A stretch of DNA of 64,000 nt from Candidatus Levyibacteriota bacterium (lineage in GTDB: Bacteria > Patescibacteriota > Microgenomatia > Levybacterales > UBA12049): positions 176,236 through 240,235 of the forward strand of contig CP066685.1 of assembly GCA_016432345.1 (NCBI GenBank). The letters are read 5' to 3'. The position numbers and the translations under genes were made by a program. Under the pieces are notes generated by a model that did not search any database, had not been told where the DNA came from, and was given only the letters and a program-made list of their open reading frames with translations. Within the stretch, counting starts at the first letter, position 1. Each line of letters begins with the position of its first letter. Shown here piece after piece: positions 8,616 through 16,592 of this stretch.

Positions 8616-10085
8616 ATGGGAAAGAAGGAAGAAGTAACCAAAGCACAGCCTACACAGTATTTTCCGCCAGTTGTGGCAGTTTTAGGCCACGTTGATCATG
8701 GGAAAACTACCCTCTTAGATGCTATTCGTAAAAGCAATATTGCCGCTTTAGAAACAGGAGGTATTACACAAAAAATCGGTGCTTCAGGCGTGGAGGTAAT
8801 GCATGATGGTCAAAGGCGTAGAATTACCTTTATTGACACTCCAGGGCATCAAACATTTTCCCAAATGCGCTCTCGCGGCGCATCTGTTGCAGACATAGGT
8901 CTTCTTATTGTATCTGCAGTTGATGGCGTGATGCCTCAAACTAAAGAAAGTATTACTGTGTTAAAACAAGCTAATATTCCAATTATTGTTGTTTTTACCA
9001 AGTCTGACTTGCCCGATAAAAATATCGAAAAAACAAAACAGCAGGTAATAAAAGAAGGGATACTGCTTGAAGGACTGGGAGGAGATGTGCCATATATTGA
9101 AGTTTCGGCAAAGATCAACAAAAATATTCATGAGCTATTGGAGCTTATTCTTTTGGTGTTTGAACTGCATCAGGAGATGTTTGCGAAACATTTAAAAGAA
9201 GCACAGTTTTTGGGTATTATTATTGAATCAAAATTAGACCAAAAAGCAGGCCCGCGGGCAACGGTTGTTATAAAAAATGGCACAATTCATGTAAAGGATG
9301 AAATCATTGCTGAAAGTATCGAAGGAAAAGTAAGACAATTACTTAATGATCAGGGCAAGCAAGTACCAGGGGCAACTATTGGAGAAGCTATTGAAATTTT
9401 AGGTTTTGAGAAAGTGCCACCAGTTGGAAGTATTGTAGCTAAAAAAGGTACAGATACACAAGTAGCCGTGGTACAAAATCAAGCGCCTGTTTCTTCCAAT
9501 ACATCGTTGCATCATGATGAACATAAACTTTCAATAGTACTTGTAGCTGATAGTTTTGGATCGCTTGAAGCAATAATTAACTCTTTGCCTAAAGAGATTA
9601 TTGTTATAGCCAAAAAAACAGGTGAAATTACCCCATCTGATATTTTTTTAGCAAAATCAACAAAAAGCCTTGTTATTGGGTTTAATGCAAAAATTTTACC
9701 CGATATACAAAACATTGCTAGGACAGAAAAGGTGCTACTTAAAAACTACACAATTATTTATGAACTTTTAGATGAAGTCAAAGATGTAATGGAAGGGAAA
9801 GCATTGGCAGAACAAGAAGAGGTATTTGGTAAAGCTAAAGTGCTTGCCAGCTTTCCATTTGAAAAGACAAAGGTTTTGGGAATAGTTGTTTTGGAGGGAA
9901 GAGTGGCAAAAGGGGATAAAGCAAGATTGATGCGGGGAGATTTGATAGTTGGGGAAAGTAATATAGTCTCGGTTAGGCAAGGTAAAAACCAAATATCTAA
10001 AATAGAAGAAAAATCAGAAGGCGGAATAATTATTTCTCCGTTGCTTGACTTCGTAACGAGTGATATGTTAATATGCCACAGATAA
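8616..10085 (+). CDS. infB: Translation initiation factor IF-2 (short form, no long N-terminal region)
   Basis: Contains the GTPase motifs [14 protein letters not shown] and TKSD. The ATG at 8616 is preferred over the track's TTG at 8601. Confidence 0.92.
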   Translation: MGKKEEVTKAQPTQYFPPVVAVLGHVDHGKTTLLDAIRKSNIAALETGGITQKIGASGVEVMHDGQRRRITFIDTPGHQTFSQMRSRGASVADIGLLIVSAVDGVMPQTKESITVLKQANIPIIVVFTKSDLPDKNIEKTKQQVIKEGILLEGLGGDVPYIEVSAKINKNIHELLELILLVFELHQEMFAKHLKEAQFLGIIIESKLDQKAGPRATVVIKNGTIHVKDEIIAESIEGKVRQLLNDQGKQVPGATIGEAIEILGFEKVPPVGSIVAKKGTDTQVAVVQNQAPVSSNTSLHHDEHKLSIVLVADSFGSLEAIINSLPKEIIVIAKKTGEITPSDIFLAKSTKSLVIGFNAKILPDIQNIARTEKVLLKNYTIIYELLDEVKDVMEGKALAEQEEVFGKAKVLASFPFEKTKVLGIVVLEGRVAKGDKARLMRGDLIVGESNIVSVRQGKNQISKIEEKSEGGIIISPLLDFVTSDMLICHR

Positions 10086-10086
10086 T

Positions 10087-11106
10087 ATGGATAGAAATCT
10101 TACTCAGAAGATTCAAGAAGCGATCGAAAGAGATAATACAATTGGTATTGTTGTTGGGAAAAATCCAAATATAGATGAAATGGCTGCGGCTCTTGCTTTA
10201 TACTTGTCGCTAAAAACAAACGGGAAAAACCTCTCGATAGCGTGCCCAACAGAACCTTTGGTTGAACATTCTTCTCTTATTGGAATTGATAAGGTTAAAA
10301 CATTTTTTTCGACAGATAAAGGAGATCTTATAGTATCTTTTCCTTATGCGCAGGGCGAGATAGAAAAAGTTTCGTATACCCTTGAAGATGGGTTTTTAAA
10401 CATTATTGTAAAATGTGGTGAAGATGGGCTTAACTTTTCGGAGAAAGATGTGCAATACAAGCGAGCAAATGGAGTTCCAGGAGTACTTTTTGTTATTGGA
10501 ACAGCCAGGCTTTCTGATTTAGAAAATCTGTTTGATGCAGAGGGGTTAAAAAATACTACAGTTATAAATATTGATAACAAACAAGACAATCAGGGTTTTG
10601 GGGATATTGTTTTTGTTTCGCAAAATTACTCTTCTGTATCCGAACAAATTGCAAGTTTATTAACAGATTTACAATTGCCTCTCGATATAGATATTGCGCA
10701 AAATCTTTTTTCGGGTATTAGCGTTGCTACAGAAAACTTCCAAGATCAAAAAACCAGCCCTCTTGCTTTTGAAATAGCCGCAGTTCTTTTGCGTAAAGGC
10801 GCAACCAGACAAAAATTGGTAAGACCAAGAATAACACCAGAAGTATTTTCTCCTTTTGCTACACCCAAGATGCCAGTAAAGCAACCGCCTTTTCAACCAA
10901 AAGAGCAACAAAAAGGGTTTCGACCAAAAAATCCTTTCTTTTCTAATAGAAGCCAGTTTCAACAGCAACGACCACAACAGACGATGAGCGGAGCGCAATT
11001 TAGTCAAAAACCAACTCCTCCCCCATTTGTGGAGCAAAAAGAAGACTCCACTGCTCCGGCAGATTGGTTAACCCCAAAAGTCTACAAAGGCTCAACCCTT
11101 ATATAG
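10087..11106 (+). CDS. DHH-family (NrnA-like) protein with degenerate catalytic motifs and a P/Q-rich tail
   Basis: The N-terminal two thirds align by eye to the NrnA/DHH fold. NPNIDEM replaces the NPDGDA motif and IDNK replaces DHH. The C-terminal ~100 aa are a low-complexity P/Q/F tail instead of a DHHA1 domain with GGGH. Confidence 0.55.
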   Translation: MDRNLTQKIQEAIERDNTIGIVVGKNPNIDEMAAALALYLSLKTNGKNLSIACPTEPLVEHSSLIGIDKVKTFFSTDKGDLIVSFPYAQGEIEKVSYTLEDGFLNIIVKCGEDGLNFSEKDVQYKRANGVPGVLFVIGTARLSDLENLFDAEGLKNTTVINIDNKQDNQGFGDIVFVSQNYSSVSEQIASLLTDLQLPLDIDIAQNLFSGISVATENFQDQKTSPLAFEIAAVLLRKGATRQKLVRPRITPEVFSPFATPKMPVKQPPFQPKEQQKGFRPKNPFFSNRSQFQQQRPQQTMSGAQFSQKPTPPPFVEQKEDSTAPADWLTPKVYKGSTLI

Positions 11107-11120
11107 ATATTTTTGGATGC

Positions 11121-11149
11121 TTGGAAATTAGAACATTGCATGTTATAAT
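11121..11149 (+). promoter_or_regulatory. Sigma70-like promoter TTGGAA-17-TATAAT for rpsO
   Basis: The spacing is exactly 17 nt. The -10 box ends 11 nt before the ATG. Confidence 0.55.
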
Positions 11150-11160
11150 AACATTATTAT

Positions 11161-11430
11161 ATGCCACTTTCGGTTACACAAAAGCAAGAAATAATTAAAG
11201 AGTTTCAAACTGTAGATGGGGATACTGGTAGTCCAGAAGTACAAATTGCGCTTCTGACAAAAAGAGTTGATCGTTTAACAGAACATTTAAAAAGTCATAC
11301 GCACGATAATCATAGCCGTCGCGGACTTTTGTCCATGATTGCCAAAAGAAGGAGACTTATTAACTTCTTAGAAAAAGTGGATAAGGCGCGTTCCTCGAGT
11401 ATTGCAAAAAAGATAGGATTGAAAGGATAA
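11161..11430 (+). CDS. rpsO: 30S ribosomal protein S15
   Basis: Typical S15 sequence (GDTGSPEVQIALLT.R...LT.HLK.H.HD.HSRRGL). Confidence 0.97.
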   Translation: MPLSVTQKQEIIKEFQTVDGDTGSPEVQIALLTKRVDRLTEHLKSHTHDNHSRRGLLSMIAKRRRLINFLEKVDKARSSSIAKKIGLKG

Positions 11431-11455
11431 TTTCACCACAAAGTATTGAGATTGT

Positions 11456-13723
11456 ATGATAAATAATTCAGTAACATTACCCATTGGAGAAAAAACATTT
11501 ACCTTACAAACAGGCGAACTTGCGCCGCAAGCAACTGCTGCTGTACTAGCGCGTTTGGGAGACACAGTGGTATTTGTTACTGTTGTGTGCGGTAATGACC
11601 GAACTGACATTGATTGGTTTCCTCTTTCTGTTGAATATGTCGAAAGACTTTACGCAGGCGGAAAGATTAAAGGAAGCAGGTGGGTAAAACGTGAGGGTAG
11701 GCCATCTGATGAAGCAATTCTGGCCGGTCGTCTGATTGATCGTTCGATTCGTCCTCTTTTTCCAAAAAGTTTTAAAAGGGAAGTTCAAGTTATTGTCACA
11801 GTTTTGTCCGTTGATGCAGAAAACGAGCCAGATATTTTAGCGCTCAACGCTGTTTCAGCAGCATTGGCTATCTCAAAAATTCCCTGGAGTGGTCCAATTG
11901 CCGCTGTTAGGATGGGATATGCCCAGAATGGTGGCAGTGAAGGAACAGTTTTAGTTAATCCAACCACAACCGAGGCGACCTCGGCCTTATCCCAGCTTGA
12001 CATTGTTGTTTCGCAAAATAAAGAAAAGACTGTCATGCTCGAGGCAGAAGCAAAGCAAGTTGCAGAAGAGATTATTCAGATGGCAATTGAAAAAGCGCAC
12101 ATTGAAACACGAAAAATAATAGCAGGAATCGAAGAGCTTGTGAAAAAAGTCGGTCAGGAAAAGCTTCCTATCCCTCAAGAGACAACGCTTGCCGAAGCGG
12201 TAAACATTTTTGAAAAAGGGTACAAAAGCGAAATAGCCAAGATTATCGAAGCTAGGGTTCAGAAGGAAGGCGGAGGGGCTGAAACAGAAGAATTAATCAC
12301 TAAAATCTATGACGATCTTAAAGTAAAAGACCCTCAAACAGAAGTTGATAAAAAATCACTTGCAAAAGGACTAGAGAAGGTTATGTTTAAAATGATAAGA
12401 GTTGACGTTGTTAATAAAAAGAAACGAGCCGATGGAAGATCTGTTGACCAAATCCGCGAAATTTCGGCTCAAGTTGGTATTCTTCCCAGAACCCACGGAT
12501 CAGCTTTATTTTCGCGGGGGATTACCCAGGCACTTAGTATTGCCACACTTGGTTCGCCACGTCTTGAGCAGCTTATTGAGTCAGCAGATGGGGAAGAAAG
12601 AAAGCGATATATTCATCATTATTCAGGACTTCCCTATTCTTTTGGCCAGGCAGGCCGAATGGGATTTGTTTCGAGAAGAGAAATCGGTCATGGGGCACTA
12701 GCTGAACGAGCGCTTTTAGCAGTTATTCCATCTCAAGCTGATTTTCCTTATACAATTCGGGTTGTATCGGAAGTTTTATCGCAAAATGGTTCAAGCTCTA
12801 TGGCATCAACGTGCGGTTCGACCCTTGCTCTTATGGATGCAGGAGTACCAATTACCGCACCAGTGGCTGGTATATCAATTGGCATGATGTCGGACGGAGA
12901 CAAATATGTGTTGTTGACAGATATTATTGGACTCGAAGATTTTGCCGGGGACATGGATTTTAAAGTTGCAGGAACAGAAAAAGGTATTACAGCAATTCAG
13001 TTGGATGTAAAGATTGACGGATTAACAGATGTGCAAATTGTGGAGATATTTGCTCAAGCAAGAATAGCTCGCATGGAGATACTTTCAAAAATGCTTTCGG
13101 TACTTCCAAGCTCACGCAAAGCAGTTTCGGAATTTGCGCCAAAAATTGAGGTTGTTAAGATACCTGTTGAAAAAATAGGTGAAGTGATTGGTCCTGGAGG
13201 ACGGGTTATTCGAAACATTATTGCAGAAACCGGCGCCACAGTTGATGTTGAAGATGACGGATCGGTAACTGTATCTGGCACATCTGAAGAATCGGTTGCC
13301 AAAGCTGTTACATGGATACAAAGCTTAACTCGAGAAGTCCAAGCAGGAGAGGAGTTTGAAGGAGAAGTAAAAAGAATTTTGCCTTTCGGCGCATTTGTTG
13401 AAATACTGCCAGGAAAAGAAGGAATGGTGCATGTGTCGCAGATGGCGCAAGGATTTGTAAAGGATCCAAATGAAGTAGTGCGTCTAGGACAGAAAGTAAA
13501 AGTGAAGGTTATGGAAATAGATGCGCAGGGAAGAATAAATCTTACTATGATAGAAAAAGCTCAAATGCCAGACCAGGGGCCACGTCGTGAATTTAGAGAA
13601 AATGCAAACCCGCATCCGCTTACCATGCAATTTAGACGTGAGAGATTTGGAAAAACTAGTGGTAGGCCAGGTTCCCGTCCTTTACGCCCAGCGCGTCCCT
13701 CTCGTTTCCGCACCGGCCGCTAA
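11456..13723 (+). CDS. pnp: Polyribonucleotide nucleotidyltransferase (PNPase) with Arg/Pro-rich C-terminal tail
   Basis: It has two RNase PH domains followed by KH and S1 domains. It follows rpsO, as is usual. Confidence 0.96.
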   Translation: MINNSVTLPIGEKTFTLQTGELAPQATAAVLARLGDTVVFVTVVCGNDRTDIDWFPLSVEYVERLYAGGKIKGSRWVKREGRPSDEAILAGRLIDRSIRPLFPKSFKREVQVIVTVLSVDAENEPDILALNAVSAALAISKIPWSGPIAAVRMGYAQNGGSEGTVLVNPTTTEATSALSQLDIVVSQNKEKTVMLEAEAKQVAEEIIQMAIEKAHIETRKIIAGIEELVKKVGQEKLPIPQETTLAEAVNIFEKGYKSEIAKIIEARVQKEGGGAETEELITKIYDDLKVKDPQTEVDKKSLAKGLEKVMFKMIRVDVVNKKKRADGRSVDQIREISAQVGILPRTHGSALFSRGITQALSIATLGSPRLEQLIESADGEERKRYIHHYSGLPYSFGQAGRMGFVSRREIGHGALAERALLAVIPSQADFPYTIRVVSEVLSQNGSSSMASTCGSTLALMDAGVPITAPVAGISIGMMSDGDKYVLLTDIIGLEDFAGDMDFKVAGTEKGITAIQLDVKIDGLTDVQIVEIFAQARIARMEILSKMLSVLPSSRKAVSEFAPKIEVVKIPVEKIGEVIGPGGRVIRNIIAETGATVDVEDDGSVTVSGTSEESVAKAVTWIQSLTREVQAGEEFEGEVKRILPFGAFVEILPGKEGMVHVSQMAQGFVKDPNEVVRLGQKVKVKVMEIDAQGRINLTMIEKAQMPDQGPRREFRENANPHPLTMQFRRERFGKTSGRPGSRPLRPARPSRFRTGR

Positions 13724-13771
13724 AAATTACGATACGTTGTTAAATTTCATTTAAATTTGCTACTATTAAAC

Positions 13772-14902
13772 TATATGGATACAAATACTGATACTGGAAA
13801 TTCTCAAAGTGATCAAATTACCGGGTTTGCGCAGAAGCAGAATGTTTCAAACGACCAAATTAGGCGTTTGGGTGAAAAAGTAGAACAGACGCCGCTTTTG
13901 CCCGATTTAAAACAGAGACTTATTGAGCGAGTGCAGAGGCTTGCATTACTTCGCGCATCTGCAGGCTTTTTAAGCCCAACGTATATTATAGAATACGAAA
14001 GTACTGCAACATATATTGATTGGGTGGTTACTATGCCGTGGGGAAAAAAGACAGAAGATATTTTAGATTTAAATAGAGCAAAAGCAGTATTAGATACAAA
14101 TCATTATGGTTTGCCAGCCATTAAAGATCGGATACTTGAGTATTTGGCGGCAATTATTTTGCATATGAAACAGGGAAATAAAGGAAGCGAGCTTCGCGCT
14201 CCCATTCTTTGTCTGGTTGGACTGGCAGGTACGGGAAAAACAACACTTGCTTCATCTATCGCAGAAGCTTTGGGCCGAAAATTTGAACGTATCCCCTTTG
14301 GGGGCATGGGGGATGCTCGAGCGCTTCGTGGGCAATCCCGCGCTTTTGCCGATGCAGAACCTGGCTATATGGTGAAAAAACTCGTACATGCCGGGGCAAA
14401 AAATTCTGTTATTTTGCTTGATGAGCTGGATAGGATATCACAAGATGCCAGAGCAGATATTATGGGAGTTTTAGTTGAGCTTTTAGACCCAGAACAAAAT
14501 AAGATGTTTACCGATCATTATATTGATTATCCTTTTGATTTATCCGAGGTGTTATTTATTACCACAGCAAATAATACCACAAATATTTCCACAGCAGTAC
14601 TTGATAGGTTGGAAATTGTGCAAATGCCATCTTACACTGATGAAGAAAAGATTGTGATTGGCAGAGATTATTTATTTAAAAAAGTACGTTTGGAAACAGG
14701 ATTATTAGATACACAACTTGTTGTTGACGATAATGTTTGGCCAGGAATTATTAGACCACTGGGTTTTGATTCTGGAATTCGTAGTCTTAAGCACACAATT
14801 GAGGGGATTTGTCGAAAAACAGCAAGATTAATAGTTGAAGGAAAGGCTCAGTCGGTTCACATAACAAATGATAATGTAAAGGAATTTTTGCCCAGTCAGT
14901 AA
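13772..14902 (+). CDS. Lon-like AAA+ ATPase module without a protease domain
   Basis: Collinear with the Lon ATPase core: HYGL..IKDRILEYLA, Walker A GLAGTGKTT, Walker B ILLDELD, LLDPEQN..F.DHY, TANN, LDRLE and GIRSL. The ORF ends right after the AAA+ alpha-subdomain. The ATG at 13772 is preferred over the track's TTG at 13757. Confidence 0.7.
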   Translation, partial: YMDTNTDTGNSQSDQITGFAQKQNVSNDQIRRLGEKVEQTPLLPDLKQRLIERVQRLALLRASAGFLSPTYIIEYESTATYIDWVVTMPWGKKTEDILDLNRAKAVLDTNHYGLPAIKDRILEYLAAIILHMKQGNKGSELRAPILCLVGLAGTGKTTLASSIAEALGRKFERIPFGGMGDARALRGQSRAFADAEPGYMVKKLVHAGAKNSVILLDELDRISQDARADIMGVLVELLDPEQNKMFTDHYIDYPFDLSEVLFITTANNTTNISTAVLDRLEIVQMPSYTDEEKIVIGRDYLFKKVRLETGLLDTQLVVDDNVWPGIIRPLGFDSGIRSLKHTIEGICRKTARLIVEGKAQSVHITNDNVKEFLPSQ

Positions 14903-14905
14903 GTT

Positions 14906-16570
14906 ATGAATCAACTTTCTTTTATTCCTCTTGGCGGTATTGGCGATGTTACTAAAAACATGTACATATATGAATATGGTGATGAAATGTTGATTGTTGA
15001 TTGCGGTTTGGGGTTTGCCGATGAAACAATGTTAGGCGTTGATTTATTGCTTCCAGATATTTCTTATATATTGCAGGCCAAAAAAAAGATTGTTGGTATG
15101 GTGTTTACTCATGGTCACGAGGATCATATTGGGGCGCTGCCATTTCTTTTATCTCAACTACTTAATAAAGGACCTTTTCCAATGTATGCTACGCCTTTTA
15201 CCGCAGCAGTTGCCAACGAGAAACTAAAAGAGTTTGGTGTACAAAAAAGAATCGATACAGTTAATTTTGGTGAAACGCCAAAGCATATGGGAAGTTTTAC
15301 AGCCTTATTTATTCGGGTAACCCATTCGATTCCCGATACCTCACACATTTTTATTACAACTCCCATTGGTAATTTTTATCATGGCAGCGATTTTAAGTTT
15401 GACGACACGCCATTTGATGGTAAAAAGAGCAATTATGATGTTATCGAACAAGTAGGTCAAAAGGGTGTGCTTTGTTTGCTTTCGGATTGTTTAGGAGCGG
15501 AGCGGCAGGGTCGGCTCCCATCAGAGTTAGACATTCTTTCGCAATTTGAAAATGCGTTTGGAGAAACACAGGGGCGATGTATTGTTACAACTTATTCATC
15601 AAATATTGCCAGACTTAATCAGATAATTTTAGCATCGGAAAAATATAATAGGAAAGTTTGTTTTATTGGCAGGTCTTTGGTAAAAATGAAAGACATTTCA
15701 CTGCGGCTGCGATATCTGCAAATTCAGCCACAAACAGAAATACAAATTGATCAAATAGATTCATATCCAGAAAATATGCTTACACTTATTGTTGCCGGAA
15801 GTCAGGGACAAGAGTCATCGGCAATGGTCAGAATTGCCGATAACGAGCATAGAGACATAAGACTTTCGGAGCATGATACTGTTATATTTTCTGCAGACCC
15901 AATTCCGGGAAACGAAACACTTGTCTACGAGCTTGTTGATACGCTGGCCAAACGAGGAGTAAAAGTGTTATATCCACCGCTTCGGCGAGATTTTCATGTA
16001 TCGGGACATGGATCATCGGACGAACTCCTGCATCTTATGCGTTTGACAAAACCAAAAAAACTTGTGCCAATTGGCGGTAATTTTCGGCACATGGCGGCAT
16101 ACAAGAATCTCGCGTTATCTCAATCTTTCCAAAAGTCAGACGTGCTGCTTTTGGATGATGGACAGGAAGTACTTTTTGCTAAAGATGGAACTATAAAACT
16201 AGGAAGAAACGTACCAGCAAAAAATGTGTACGTTGATGAGATTAGCGGAGAAGAAGTTGAAAGTTTTGTGATGCGGGATCGACAAAAGCTATCCGAAGGT
16301 GGGGTAGTAATAGTTCTTGCCGAAGTTGATGCGCAGAATTCCGAACTTATTAGTAAGCCCGATATTATTATGCGTGGATTTCGCGTTGAAAATGATAGCA
16401 AGCTGTATGGTCATATGATAGCCGATATAAAAACTGCTTTCAGAGGAAAAAAAGGACGAGTCAATAATTGGGTGCATCTTCGAAAACTTATCGGCGAGGT
16501 AGTCGAACGGCGCATTTTTAAAGATCTCCGCCGCCGCCCATTGGTTTTGCCTGTTGTCATTGAGGCGTAG
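14906..16570 (+). CDS. rnj: Ribonuclease J (metallo-beta-lactamase/beta-CASP)
   Basis: Contains the THGHEDHIG motif. The beta-CASP architecture and length (554 aa) are typical of RNase J. Confidence 0.88.
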   Translation: MNQLSFIPLGGIGDVTKNMYIYEYGDEMLIVDCGLGFADETMLGVDLLLPDISYILQAKKKIVGMVFTHGHEDHIGALPFLLSQLLNKGPFPMYATPFTAAVANEKLKEFGVQKRIDTVNFGETPKHMGSFTALFIRVTHSIPDTSHIFITTPIGNFYHGSDFKFDDTPFDGKKSNYDVIEQVGQKGVLCLLSDCLGAERQGRLPSELDILSQFENAFGETQGRCIVTTYSSNIARLNQIILASEKYNRKVCFIGRSLVKMKDISLRLRYLQIQPQTEIQIDQIDSYPENMLTLIVAGSQGQESSAMVRIADNEHRDIRLSEHDTVIFSADPIPGNETLVYELVDTLAKRGVKVLYPPLRRDFHVSGHGSSDELLHLMRLTKPKKLVPIGGNFRHMAAYKNLALSQSFQKSDVLLLDDGQEVLFAKDGTIKLGRNVPAKNVYVDEISGEEVESFVMRDRQKLSEGGVVIVLAEVDAQNSELISKPDIIMRGFRVENDSKLYGHMIADIKTAFRGKKGRVNNWVHLRKLIGEVVERRIFKDLRRRPLVLPVVIEA

Positions 16571-16592
16571 TATTTTATTGTATAATAGATAT

